This document shows, piece by piece, positions 51,537 through 61,582 of a stretch of DNA of 64,000 nt (positions are counted from its first letter, which is position 1; every line of letters starts with the position of its first letter). Location: the NCBI RefSeq assembly GCF_000189555.1, contig NC_017276.1. The stretch is one strand, 5' to 3'. Made by a program: the position numbers and the translations under genes. The DNA comes from Saccharolobus islandicus REY15A. GTDB taxonomy: Archaea; Thermoproteota; Thermoprotei_A; Sulfolobales; Sulfolobaceae. Under the pieces are notes generated by a model. It saw only the letters and a list, made by a program, of their open reading frames with translations, searched no databases and had not been told where the DNA came from.

Positions 51537-52221
51537 GGTAGTTTTAGTGGGAGCTGGTCCCGGGGATCCCGAACTAATAACGTTAAAGGGTATTAAATAC
51601 TTACAAATGGCTGATGTAATAGTTTACGATAAGTTAGTATCTAGAGAGCTAATTAGTTACGCTAAGCCGTCTTGTAGTGTTATACTCCTTAGTAGTGACG
51701 ATATTGAAATTGACTTATTGAAGAAGTATGCTTTAGAAAATAAACTGGTGATAAGGTTAAAAAATGGGGATCCTTACGTGTTCGGAAGGGGAGGGAAAAT
51801 TTGCCAAGAACTAATTAAGGACGGTATAGAGTGTGAAGTGGTACCGGGAGTTTCATCAGTTAACTCAGTTCCAGCATATGCTGGAATACCGCTTACTTTC
51901 AACGGTATCTCTGATATGATAACAGTTATAAGTGCTGTTACGCAAGGTGGTAGGCTCTTTGACTTTAAAAAAATTCCAGATGATGGTACTTTAGTAGTTT
52001 TAATGAGCGGTAGGAGGTTGGAGGAGGTAAGTAAAGAACTAATGACAAAGAGGGATCCTTCTGAAGAGGTTGCAGTTATACAAAGAGGAACTTATTTTGA
52101 CCAGAAAGTAAACGTTACCAAATTGAGGGAATTAACTAAAATTGGTAATTTAGCTACTCCCTCCATGCTGGTTTTAGGAGATGTTGTCAAATTGAGATGT
52201 ATTTTATGGAAATCTAGTTGA
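51529..52221 (+). CDS. cobA: Uroporphyrinogen-III C-methyltransferase (siroheme synthesis)
   Basis: GAGPGDPELIT, RLKNGDPYVFGRG, VPGVSS. The frame extends to an ATA at 51529 preceded by GAGGTG; the track uses GTG 51547. Confidence 0.88.
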   Translation: MGKVVLVGAGPGDPELITLKGIKYLQMADVIVYDKLVSRELISYAKPSCSVILLSSDDIEIDLLKKYALENKLVIRLKNGDPYVFGRGGKICQELIKDGIECEVVPGVSSVNSVPAYAGIPLTFNGISDMITVISAVTQGGRLFDFKKIPDDGTLVVLMSGRRLEEVSKELMTKRDPSEEVAVIQRGTYFDQKVNVTKLRELTKIGNLATPSMLVLGDVVKLRCILWKSS

Positions 52222-52269
52222 TAAATTGTTTAGAAACCCTATTATTCTTATTTTTAAATTTTGTGTTAA

Positions 52270-52289
52270 GTGCCAAATTTGCACATATC
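52270..52289. promoter_or_regulatory. Second copy of the sulfur-cluster palindrome, upstream of the rhodanese gene
   Basis: GTGCCAAATTTGCACATATC, 18/20 identical to 48868-48887, just upstream of GATATATAA. Confidence 0.65.
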
Positions 52290-52336
52290 AATAGATATAT
52301 AACTTACGGGGAATAGGAATAATTTAGGGAGTGTAA

Positions 52337-53218
52337 ATGAGTCAAGTACAAGAACAACAAGTAATAGTAGACAATAAGTGGGTGTTAGATCATTTAAAAG
52401 ATCAGAAGGTTAGAATCGTGGAAGTAGACTATGATCCAAATACGGCTTATAATGTATGGCATATTCCTGGAGCAGTTCTAGTTAGGTGGAGGGAAGACTT
52501 AAGACATCCGGTCTTAAGGGACTTCATAGAACCTAGTCAGTTTGAGAAGTTAATGGAGTCAAAGGGAATAAGTAATAACACTACTATAGTGCTATATGGT
52601 GATTATAATAACTGGTTTGCAGTTTATGCCTTTTGGTTGTTTAAGTCTTACGGCCATGATGATGTCAGAATTTTAAATGGCGGGAGGACTAAATGGGCTA
52701 AGGAGAATTTACCTACAGAACAAGGGGCAAAAGAACCTCAATATCCTAAAGGCAGTTATAAGGTTAAGAAGGTAGATTGGGGTAGCCATAGGGCTTTCTT
52801 CTGGGAAGTTCTTCAGAAGATAACCAAGGGTGAAGTGGGGAGAACTACCATACTAGTTGACGTTAGATCTCCCAAAGAGTACACTGGTGAAATTAGAGCT
52901 CCTCCAGAATACGCTGATGAACAAACTCAAGTAGGTGGGCATATACCTGGTGCTGTAAGTTTTCCATGGGCTCAAGCTGTTAACCCAGATACTGGTGAGT
53001 TCAAGTCTATAGAGGAGTTGAGAAGATTAGTTGAGAGTGCTGGTATAACTCCAGAAAAGGAGATAATTACGTATTGTAGAATAGGAGAGAGGGCTTCCCA
53101 TACTTGGTTCGTTCTAAAATACCTACTGGGATATCCAGCGGTTAGAGTATATGATGGCTCTTGGGCAGAATGGGGAAACATTGTAGGAGCTCCAGTTAAG
53201 AAAGGAACTGAACCATGA
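52337..53218 (+). CDS. Two-domain rhodanese / thiosulfate sulfurtransferase
   Basis: HIPGAV, LNGG, DVRSPKEY, CRIGER active loop, YDGSWAEW. Confidence 0.92.
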   Translation: MSQVQEQQVIVDNKWVLDHLKDQKVRIVEVDYDPNTAYNVWHIPGAVLVRWREDLRHPVLRDFIEPSQFEKLMESKGISNNTTIVLYGDYNNWFAVYAFWLFKSYGHDDVRILNGGRTKWAKENLPTEQGAKEPQYPKGSYKVKKVDWGSHRAFFWEVLQKITKGEVGRTTILVDVRSPKEYTGEIRAPPEYADEQTQVGGHIPGAVSFPWAQAVNPDTGEFKSIEELRRLVESAGITPEKEIITYCRIGERASHTWFVLKYLLGYPAVRVYDGSWAEWGNIVGAPVKKGTEP

Positions 53219-53466
53219 AGATCATAGAAAAAGTTAAATTAGATAAATTTGAATCTTGTGGATCTAGAAGTCCATTATCGATAATGCTAGAGGTTATTAT
53301 GAAAATTAAGGAATGCGATGAAGGTGTTGAAATTTTAATTAATGACTATGATTGGCTGCTAAGCTTAAAATACATTCTAAAAATTAATGACCTTAAAATG
53401 AAAATTGAGGAAAAGGGGAAGGAGGATAATTTTTTAAAGCTAGAAGTATTAAGGGATTGTACATAA
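53215..53466 (+). CDS. TusA-like sulfur-carrier family protein
   Basis: 83 aa, coupled to the rhodanese gene; SCGSRSP resembles a degenerate CPxP motif. Confidence 0.6.
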   Translation: MKIIEKVKLDKFESCGSRSPLSIMLEVIMKIKECDEGVEILINDYDWLLSLKYILKINDLKMKIEEKGKEDNFLKLEVLRDCT

Positions 53467-53534
53467 GTTTAATATTTTTTATATAAACTTTTTTCTACAG
53501 AAAGTTTAAATTATACCATTAACAGTATTTACTC

Positions 53535-54638
53535 ATGAAAAGATTAGTCGTAGTAGGAGGAGGAAATGCAGGAACGTTAATAGCAAATCTATTAGCGGGA
53601 AAATTAGAAATTACAGTAATAGAGCCAAATGAATATCACACTTATCAACCTGGATTAGTGGATTATATTACTGGGGAGGTAGATGAGACTAAAATACAAA
53701 TGCCTACTAGATCATTGTTAAAACCATCTGTAAAATGGGTAAGGGCTAAAGCTACCAAAATAATACCAGAAGATAGGGCTGTAGTAACTGAGGACGGAAA
53801 AACATATGAGGGTGATTACTTAGTAATAGCAACTGGAGGTCAAAATAAACACATATACAACTTAAAGGGCTATCATGGAATTGATGACTCTAAAGTAATT
53901 AGGAATGAGGTTTTAAATCCAAGAGGAAAAAACTTCGTTATTGGATCTCTTCCGGGAATAATAAAGTGTCCAGCTGCTCCATGGGAATTATCATTTTTGA
54001 TAAAGAGAAAATATCCAAGTGCTAATGTTAGTGTAATAGTTCCAGCCAAACAACCACCACCATTACAAGTTCCAATGTCAAACATGTTTAATAAGAAGGC
54101 TAACGAGTTAGGAATAAAAGTATATAAAGGATTTGTGATAGAGGAAGTGAACCATAACGAGAGATACGTGGTATCAACTGAGGGAGATAAGATCACTTTT
54201 GATCACTTGATTATAGATACGCCAATCTCAACGAATTTCACAGAATTTGCAGATAGATCTGGATTAATTCCAGTTGATAAGAGCACTTTAGTTTATAGGG
54301 ATGGCGTCTTCGTGGTCGGCGATGCTAATAATACCCCGACACCTAAAACTGGTGCTGCTGCCCACTTTCAAGCTGAGGTTGTTGTAAATAATATACTAGC
54401 TGAGATAGAGGGAAATAGGAGTAAAGAGAGTTACGATGGTACTGCAATGTGTGCAGTTTACTCTGGACCAAATGAAGGTATGTTAGTTTGGTTAAACTAC
54501 GAGAAGAGCAAGGCCTTAGGACCTACATCAATTTATCGTTATATGAAAAAAGCGTTCACTAGCTTATATTGGGCCAGTTTAAGCGGTGGAGTCGACTTTG
54601 TCCTAAAGCCTTTAGTCGAATCTGTTAGAAAGAATTAA
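53535..54638 (+). CDS. SQR/FCSD-like FAD-dependent oxidoreductase
   Basis: GGGNAG, IKCPAAP, VGDA, PKTG, AMC. Confidence 0.82.
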   Translation: MKRLVVVGGGNAGTLIANLLAGKLEITVIEPNEYHTYQPGLVDYITGEVDETKIQMPTRSLLKPSVKWVRAKATKIIPEDRAVVTEDGKTYEGDYLVIATGGQNKHIYNLKGYHGIDDSKVIRNEVLNPRGKNFVIGSLPGIIKCPAAPWELSFLIKRKYPSANVSVIVPAKQPPPLQVPMSNMFNKKANELGIKVYKGFVIEEVNHNERYVVSTEGDKITFDHLIIDTPISTNFTEFADRSGLIPVDKSTLVYRDGVFVVGDANNTPTPKTGAAAHFQAEVVVNNILAEIEGNRSKESYDGTAMCAVYSGPNEGMLVWLNYEKSKALGPTSIYRYMKKAFTSLYWASLSGGVDFVLKPLVESVRKN

Positions 54639-54964
54639 ATATCCACTTCTATCCAACCGCCATTATCTCTTATTTGATACGTTTTTAATCCTAATTTTTC
54701 CTTTGGCGCATCTGGGGCAACATATGGTGGTTCTAGCATTTGACCACTCCTTAAATCAAACAATGCATGATGACAATAACACTTTACAGTAAGTTTCTCT
54801 TCATCTAGTTGACCTAAAATACACCTTGCGTGTGAACACACTGCATCCATAGCGTATAACACTCCCTTAATATTAGCTATAAAAACAACTTTATCTTCTA
54901 CCTTAACTGCTGCACTTTTCGCTTTTTCTAAGGCTTTTGCGGATATAGTTCTTTTCCAGACCAT
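54635..54964 (-). CDS. Soluble Rieske-type ferredoxin (sulredoxin-like)
   Basis: CSHARC and CYCHHALFDL.SG boxes, 109 aa. Confidence 0.88.
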   Translation of the reverse strand: MVWKRTISAKALEKAKSAAVKVEDKVVFIANIKGVLYAMDAVCSHARCILGQLDEEKLTVKCYCHHALFDLRSGQMLEPPYVAPDAPKEKLGLKTYQIRDNGGWIEVDI

Positions 54965-55049
54965 AAGTCTAATATAAAGATATATCTTATATTCTTTAAT
55001 TTGATAAAGTTTAAATCGTCATTATAAATAAAAATAAGTCATAAGACTA

Positions 55050-55853
55050 TCATATCTTTCTCCTTCTTTCTAAAGCCTCATTTAGGCCTCTTAAGTTGAC
55101 CTCTACTTGTTTCCTAAGAATTTCCCCTCCTATACCTCCAATATCAATTTCTTCACTAATATTCAAACTCTCTTTACCCAACATTTGCTCTAGGTGTTGT
55201 TCTAATACGTTAGGACTTACAAGTCCACCATGAGCTAAGCCAATCACCTTGGGTTTTAAGGAAATTTGTAACCTTAAACTATTAACGTAATTATCGTAGT
55301 CTAATGGTGGGGGAGTTGTTGGTATCACGATACCGTTAAAGTAAGCTCCCCCACTATCCCCAGTGAATAAAATATCTTCACTTATTACGGAAATGTGGTG
55401 TTTAGCATGGCCTGGGGTATAAATTACCTTCAAAGTCTTTCCATCTCCAAGATCAATCATCTCTCCACCCTCAACCTCGACCACTTTGTCTGGATCTATT
55501 TTTGTAAACTCGCCGTAAATATAATAAAGATCTCCCAATACTTTCTCTGAGCTCTCATTCAATCTCTTTACCCCATCGTCAGTTGTCAAAAACTTTTTAA
55601 AACCACTTCTTACCATAACTTTAACATTCTTATACCTATCTAAAATTTCTGGTAATAGCCCAATATGATCTATATGAATGTGTGTCAATATAACGAGATC
55701 AAGTTTGTCTAAAAAAGAGGAGTCCATAATTGAATTTGTAACACCAGCGTCTATCATTACGTTAAGCTTCTCCCCACAAATTACGTAAACTGTTGCTAGT
55801 TCGGGAAACTCTGGAGGACCAGCTGGTATTGCGTGTAAACCTCTACAAGGCAT
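55050..55853 (-). CDS. MBL-fold metallo-hydrolase
   Basis: THIHIDHIG, TPGHAKHH, FTGD, LAHG. Confidence 0.9.
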   Translation of the reverse strand: MPCRGLHAIPAGPPEFPELATVYVICGEKLNVMIDAGVTNSIMDSSFLDKLDLVILTHIHIDHIGLLPEILDRYKNVKVMVRSGFKKFLTTDDGVKRLNESSEKVLGDLYYIYGEFTKIDPDKVVEVEGGEMIDLGDGKTLKVIYTPGHAKHHISVISEDILFTGDSGGAYFNGIVIPTTPPPLDYDNYVNSLRLQISLKPKVIGLAHGGLVSPNVLEQHLEQMLGKESLNISEEIDIGGIGGEILRKQVEVNLRGLNEALERRRKI

Positions 55854-56151
55854 AGTTACACTATGTTAAGTAAGTTTATAACATTATTGAGCCTTTGAAA
55901 GTTATAAGTGCCGTTATTAACTTATAAATTCAAGGATGACCGTCTTGTCCTACAAGACTAAGGGCAATAAAATACTTAATTATATCCTAAAATACTCGTA
56001 ATATAAAAATAAATAGGTTAACGGCAACATTATGTTTAAAAGTGAGTATTTTATTTCTTATGAATGACACCAAATATTTCCTATTAAATCAATAAAAGCT
56101 ATAAATGAAAAAATCAATTTATAAATCACAATTAGAGGGGAAATCCTTTAA

Positions 56152-56270
56152 TTTCACAAAAATCTAGATAGAATCCTTCCTTTTAGATATATTTTATCAT
56201 ATATAAGATAATAGTAAAGATTTATTAATCTGCGATTATTATATTTAATTCAACGATTATGGGGGTACCA
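56152..56270. repeat. Partial degenerate second copy of the right part of the 44887-45222 element
   Basis: TTTCACAAAAAT.TAGATA.AATC...GATATATTTTATCA.ATATAA...TTTATTAA...AACGATT shared with 45107-45222. Confidence 0.65.
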
Positions 56271-56353
56271 CGCAAAGGCGAAGCTTCCCGTTCCCTAATC
56301 CCATTTTTGGTAAAAATTTCTAAATTTTTCTTGCTTGTTTTACTCCTTTTTAT

Positions 56354-56920
56354 TTAGTCTATCCAGTAGAGATCGTAAGGTGATAATTCTCTTGAGCCAC
56401 AGAAATCGCAGTATTCTGCATTTTCTTCATTTATGCTTCCACAAAAACTACAAATCTTGTAAGTTCCACCCATTCTGTAACTTGACTTTAGAACAAAATT
56501 TTTTATTAATGCTATATTTTTTTGTCGAGTTAAAAATTTAAAAAGTAATCTATCACCATAAATTATTGCAAACTTCGCGAGAAAAGGCTTATCATAAAAC
56601 CCAATTATTAAATTTTTATCCCTTAGATTAAACTCAAATCTATTTTTTCTCAAAAGACTATTTTTTACCAAGATTTTTCCATTAACAATCAGAAAACGGT
56701 AAGTTTCTAGAAGTAAAATTAGTATAAGAAGTATTAATGACATAAGATAAACCATGAAACCAGTTAATAGTTGGAACATAATATCTACCTTTTTGATAAT
56801 TATTGAGAACACGGAGTAGCTGAGCAGAGAAACTCCTACTAACATTAAACCAAGATGAAAAGCCATGATTAAAGGATGGAATTCAATTACGGATAAGATC
56901 CTAATTGTCTCCCTCTCCAT
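56354..56920 (-). CDS. Membrane protein with a C-terminal zinc ribbon
   Basis: Two TMs; CSFCG...CDFCG. Confidence 0.7.
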   Translation of the reverse strand: MERETIRILSVIEFHPLIMAFHLGLMLVGVSLLSYSVFSIIIKKVDIMFQLLTGFMVYLMSLILLILILLLETYRFLIVNGKILVKNSLLRKNRFEFNLRDKNLIIGFYDKPFLAKFAIIYGDRLLFKFLTRQKNIALIKNFVLKSSYRMGGTYKICSFCGSINEENAEYCDFCGSRELSPYDLYWID

Positions 56921-57013
56921 AAGAATTAATGCGTACTCAAAATTAAAAGAAAATTGGTCTAAGCAAAACTCAATTGATAAACATTTAAATACCTAACAAT
57001 ATCTTACTTACTC

Positions 57014-57928
57014 ATGGAAAAGAAGACATTAGGATGGACGAATGAGAAGATATCTCCATTGATTTTAGGTTCTTGGGAATTCGGTACCCCTTCAATAGTT
57101 GATGAAAACAGCGCCATAAAAGTTATTCAAAAGTCAATAGAGCTCGGAATTAACGCCATTGACACTGCCGAATCTTATGGAAATGGTCTCTCAGAAACAA
57201 TTATTGGAAGAGCCATAGGCAAGTTCAAGAGGGAAGATTTGTTCATAATAACTAAAGTGTCAATTGACCACTTAAGATATGATGACGTTTTAAGGGCTTG
57301 CGAGGGAAGTTTAAGAAGGCTTAACACTTCATATATAGACCTATACCTCGTCCATTGGCCTAACCACTATGTGCCCATAAGGGAAACAGCTAAGGCAATG
57401 GAGAGGTTATTTAGTGAAGGGAAAATTAGATACATTGGCTTAAGCAACTTTTCACTTCCCTTGTTGAGGGAATTTAGGGAACATCTGTCTAAGACAGACG
57501 TTGCAGCAAATGAATTGCATTATAACGTTTTGTTCAGAGACGTTGAGAAAGAGGTTCTCCCTTACATGTTAAGGGAAAATATCTCCTTGTTGGCATATGA
57601 TTCCTTAGGATTAGGTTATCTAATAGGGAGAAAAGAGATCAGAAATGAATATAGATGGTACGTTCTTGCCAGAGAAGCTTACGTTAAAAACTTAGAACCA
57701 CTTGTGGATGAAATATCTTTAATTGCGAAGGAAATAGATAGAACTCCAGCACAAATAATTCTAAATTGGTTAGTCAGTAAGGATAACGTATTCGCAATTT
57801 TCAACACAACAAAAGAGGATCACCTCAGGGAGAATTTGGGCAGTCTAGAATGGTCACTGAGAGATAGCGATTTGAAAAGATTAGATGAAGCGGTAAAGAA
57901 AGTCGTGATAGATTATTTCATAAGGTAA
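57014..57928 (+). CDS. Aldo/keto reductase
   Basis: IDTAESYG, TKV, DLYLVHWP, IGLSNF. Confidence 0.92.
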   Translation: MEKKTLGWTNEKISPLILGSWEFGTPSIVDENSAIKVIQKSIELGINAIDTAESYGNGLSETIIGRAIGKFKREDLFIITKVSIDHLRYDDVLRACEGSLRRLNTSYIDLYLVHWPNHYVPIRETAKAMERLFSEGKIRYIGLSNFSLPLLREFREHLSKTDVAANELHYNVLFRDVEKEVLPYMLRENISLLAYDSLGLGYLIGRKEIRNEYRWYVLAREAYVKNLEPLVDEISLIAKEIDRTPAQIILNWLVSKDNVFAIFNTTKEDHLRENLGSLEWSLRDSDLKRLDEAVKKVVIDYFIR

Positions 57929-57986
57929 TTTAAGCCTTTTTTATTTACCAAATTACTTTTTATCTTAATATTTAACTGATATAGAT

Positions 57987-58424
57987 ATGGGTAGCCTATT
58001 TGACAAGGACCCCGAACTAAAGAGACTTTATGAGAAAGGACTTGAAGTTAGGAAAAAGGTGATGGGAAAGGAATACGTGGAAAGGTCATTAAGTCAGGCT
58101 ACAGACTTTAATAGGGAACTCCAAGAAATGGTGACAATTTTCGCATGGGGGCTAATATGGACTAGAGAAGATATTATTCCAAGGAAGATAAAAAGTTTAA
58201 TAAATATTGGAATACTAAGCGCTCTGAACAGGCAAAATGAACTTAAATTACACATTAAAGGAGCAATAAGGAACGGTTGTACTGAGGAGGAGATAAAGGA
58301 GGTACTATTACAAGTAGGAGTTTATTGTGGTCTGCCCGCAGCCATGGAGAGCTTCAGAATAGCACAAGAGGCTATTAAGGAACTTGAAGATGAGGAAAAA
58401 AGTGAAAAACATAAAGATAATTAG
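57987..58424 (+). CDS. Carboxymuconolactone decarboxylase family protein
   Basis: WGLIWTR, ELKLHIKGAIRNG, EIKEVLLQVGVYCGLPA. Confidence 0.88.
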   Translation: MGSLFDKDPELKRLYEKGLEVRKKVMGKEYVERSLSQATDFNRELQEMVTIFAWGLIWTREDIIPRKIKSLINIGILSALNRQNELKLHIKGAIRNGCTEEEIKEVLLQVGVYCGLPAAMESFRIAQEAIKELEDEEKSEKHKDN

Positions 58425-58456
58425 CAAAGACAAGAGGATAGAAGTGAGTGTTAGTA

Positions 58457-59065
58457 TGGATCTGATAATCGTGAAAAACGGTATAGTTCCTTTCACTAAG
58501 GGAGATCCGAAATACTTCAATGGAAACGTAATTGTTAAACAAGTACACTAGTATTTCCAGAAAATTTTTGCACTCCATCATTCGTTAATAAGTTCCTAAT
58601 AAATTTGAGATGAAAAGGATTAACTCATTAGGGTGAACGTACTCATCAATGCCAATATTGTATAACTATAATTTTCATAATTAGTTTATCAAATAATACT
58701 AGACTATAAATTTAATGGAAATACTAACGATTCAGAAGAACCATCCAGAGTTACTGCTAGTGTCGTAACATTTGAACCAAGTGGAAGAACAAATTGGCAC
58801 TACTATCCATTAGGGCAGTTATTGATAGGTATTTATGGAACGGGATTAATTCAAACTTGGCGAAGTCCTCCCAGAAAGATAAAAGCAGGAGATGTAATAT
58901 GGATTCCGCTCGATGTGTAGCACTGGCATGGTGCTACGGCAACAACTACAATGATCCATATAACTATTCAAGAATAGCTATTCAAGAAAAAATAAACGGT
59001 AAGGCAGTAGAGTGGCTTGGAAAGGTTAGTGATAAGGAGTGCGAAGAGGTGCAATCTGCTTCCGA
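58457..59065 (+). pseudogene. Cupin-domain gene inactivated by a MITE, a stop codon and a 14-nt duplication
   Basis: MDLIIVKNG..GDPKYFNG | MITE | VTFEPSGRTNWH, KAGDVIWIP, in-frame TAG, HWHGAT; TAACTATTCAAGAA/TAGCTATTCAAGAA tandem near 58961-58988. Confidence 0.75.
58551..58724. mobile_element. IS630-type MITE (174 bp)
   Basis: IR GTATTTCCAGAAAATTT vs GTATTTCCATTAAATTT (15/17); TA on both sides (58549-58550, 58725-58726); first 8 nt equal the IS630 IR at 35183. Confidence 0.85.
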
Positions 59066-59401
59066 CTGAATTTCTCCCCACCCTGAAAAGGTCGAGGATT
59101 CCCTCCCAGAGGGCTCATAGTCCCCACCATCAATTCGGAACTACATCTCTCATCTGGTGGGCAGTCGAGTGGATCAGAGATCCACTCCCATTCGAATAGG
59201 GGACTTTCATCCATAACGTCTAGTCCCTTAAAGGGAGGAGATACTAGATACTCCTCTCACAGTCCCATTAAGCCCTTAATCGAGCTGGGGAGGAGCATCA
59301 TTAACATCACTAAAAGATATCTCAACAAGGAAGTATTTAAATATAAGGGGGCTATCCATCCCCGCTGGTGAGGTTTTCCGCCCCCTTAACCCCCAATTTT
59401 T
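59066..59401 (-). mobile_element. Non-autonomous IS605/IS1341-derived element (336 bp)
   Basis: Preceded by TTAC on the minus strand, ends TTCAG; removing it restores TCC GAG TAA TAA, the cupin stop. Confidence 0.8.
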
Positions 59402-59409
59402 GTAATAAG

Positions 59410-59616
59410 ATTGCTTCAGTTACTAGAGCAATCTCAGCGTAAATCCCGTAGTGTGCCAACATGCTATTAATTGTTAAAGGTAAACGGAATACTGACAATA
59501 GTATTACTAAAAACTCCCGCTGATGCAATAATGTTTAGTATGGAGTAGATTAGGAAATAGATAGCTCCTTTCCTAACATTTTCTAATCCAACTCTTTCAG
59601 TATTTTGCTGTGGCAT
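59410..59616 (-). pseudogene. Truncated membrane-protein fragment (DUF973-like N-terminus)
   Basis: MPQQNTERVGLENVRKGAIYFLIYSILNII... with an early stop. Confidence 0.35.
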
Positions 59617-59814
59617 AAATAAGTTAATTTTTCTATATAAAAAACTTTTCTATTATATCGTTTTTTAATTAATTGCTATAATAAGAAATTAATATCGTGA
59701 ATTTTATGAACTCATCTATTGAAATTAATATCGGACTAGCGTTTCCCTAGATGCTTAAAGAATTAAAACTAGTTAGAGAAAAAGGTATTTAATTAGCCAA
59801 TTTAATATTTACCT

Positions 59815-60618
59815 ATGAGTTCGTGTGAGATCTTTCCATTAATTTCAAAGTTAAGTGCCGAAGGGAAGCGCTTTGCAATAGTTTCAATTTACAAGGGAAA
59901 TAGGCTAGAGAGGACTTTAGTATCTGATGGAAAAGTACTTCTTGGAAGTTTGGATAAGGAAGTAATTGGACTTGCACTGGAAGCATTGGAAAAGGGTGAG
60001 GTAATTCAAAAGGATGTAGAGGATGGAAAATTAGTCATTGAACCAGTAGAACCTAGACCGGCTATAATAGTAGTGGGGTCTGGTATTATTGCCAAGTTTA
60101 TAGCAAAATTAGCAGTAGATATGGGCTATTACGTTGCAGTAGTTGGATCTGGTGATGTTAAGGAAGAGGACTTTGTTGGAGTTTACGCCATTTCAAATGA
60201 TCTAAATCTCTTAGAACAAATGGTAAGTGAGGATTCATTTGTAATTGTCGCAAATGAGGGAGGTAAACCATACGATATAGATGCGTTATATATCGCAATG
60301 AAAAAGAAGGCTAGGTTCGTTGGGTTACTTGCTAGCCAAAAGAGGGCAGCTTTAATGATTTCATTACTAATAAAGAGAAACATCCCATTAGAGGAAATTA
60401 AGAAAAGATTTCACTCCCCATTAGGCTTAGATATCGGTTCAAAGACTTCAGAGGAGATAGCCTTGAGCATATTATCTGAGGTAGTGCTAGAACTTAGAGG
60501 AGGTACTGGAAAACGCTTACAAGAAGTTAAGAATCCTTATCTTCTATTAGATGACGCTTTAGCTGGAAAGATTGAGGATAAGTGTATGTTTGTACCTAAG
60601 TCTTTAAGTCAACAATGA
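59815..60618 (+). CDS. XdhC/CoxI family molybdenum-cofactor maturation factor
   Basis: [37 protein letters not shown]. Confidence 0.88.
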   Translation: MSSCEIFPLISKLSAEGKRFAIVSIYKGNRLERTLVSDGKVLLGSLDKEVIGLALEALEKGEVIQKDVEDGKLVIEPVEPRPAIIVVGSGIIAKFIAKLAVDMGYYVAVVGSGDVKEEDFVGVYAISNDLNLLEQMVSEDSFVIVANEGGKPYDIDALYIAMKKKARFVGLLASQKRAALMISLLIKRNIPLEEIKKRFHSPLGLDIGSKTSEEIALSILSEVVLELRGGTGKRLQEVKNPYLLLDDALAGKIEDKCMFVPKSLSQQ

Positions 60619-60649
60619 ATATATTAACAATCAATTCCCTTTTTAATAC

Positions 60650-61582
60650 ATGAAAGCGGCTATTCTCACACAGTTTAACTCACCTTTTGTTATAGGTAAC
60701 GCTGAGCCTAAAGGGGTTGGAGTTAAAGTAAATGTAGCATATGCTGGAATATGCGGAAGAGATCTAGTTATATGGAAGGGTGGATTTAAAAACCTTAAAT
60801 TGCCTTTAATCTTAGGACATGAAATAGTAGGCTACTATAAGGGAAGACCTGTTGCGGTTTATCCAAATCTGAATTGCGGAAGCTGTGAGTACTGCAAAAG
60901 TGGGGAGGAGAATCTGTGCGACAATGCTAGAATTTTAGGAGAAGGAGAGATAACTGGAGGGTATGCTGAGGAGGTTATAATTCCAGAAAGAAACATTATA
61001 CCATTACCAGACGATAAATTAGAAAAATACGCCGCAACCATGGACCCCGTAGCAACTGCAATTCACGCAACTAAGCTTGCAAATTTAAATAGAGATAGTA
61101 AAGTTTTAGTAACTGGTGCAGGTGGAGGAGTGGGTATTCATCTCGTACAATATTTGAAATATTTGGGTATTTCTAGTGTTTATGGGCTATCGTCTAAAGG
61201 GGAAAAGCTACAAGAATTGGGAGTAACGCCCATTAGCGATATAAGAAGTGAGAAGTTTGATACAATATTTGAGCTGGTAGGCTCTAAAACAATAAACGAT
61301 TCCTTGAGGGCACTAAAGAAGGAGGGTACTCTAGTTTTGATAGGAAATACTGAAGGCGAGCCAATAACGTTGTTAAGGCCAGCCATGACTATAATGAGAC
61401 AACAAAAAATTATAGGTTCGGCATCTTATACTAAGGCAGAGTACGAGGAAGCTATTAGATTAGTGGGAGAAGGGAAAATAAAAGCGATATATGAGATTTA
61501 CGAACTAGAGAGGATAAATGAGGCGTATAGGAAAATGATGGAGAGAAAGGTTCTGGGAAGAGCTGTATTAAAGGTAGTTTAA
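60650..61582 (+). CDS. Zinc-binding alcohol dehydrogenase family (MDR) protein
   Basis: GICGRD, LGHE, CGSCEYC...C, TGAGGGVG. Confidence 0.9.
   Translation: MKAAILTQFNSPFVIGNAEPKGVGVKVNVAYAGICGRDLVIWKGGFKNLKLPLILGHEIVGYYKGRPVAVYPNLNCGSCEYCKSGEENLCDNARILGEGEITGGYAEEVIIPERNIIPLPDDKLEKYAATMDPVATAIHATKLANLNRDSKVLVTGAGGGVGIHLVQYLKYLGISSVYGLSSKGEKLQELGVTPISDIRSEKFDTIFELVGSKTINDSLRALKKEGTLVLIGNTEGEPITLLRPAMTIMRQQKIIGSASYTKAEYEEAIRLVGEGKIKAIYEIYELERINEAYRKMMERKVLGRAVLKVV

Noticed and set aside
55941-55958. Small hairpin GTCTTGT-CCT-ACAAGAC
   Set aside because: 7-bp stem only, with no clear link to a gene end or element boundary.
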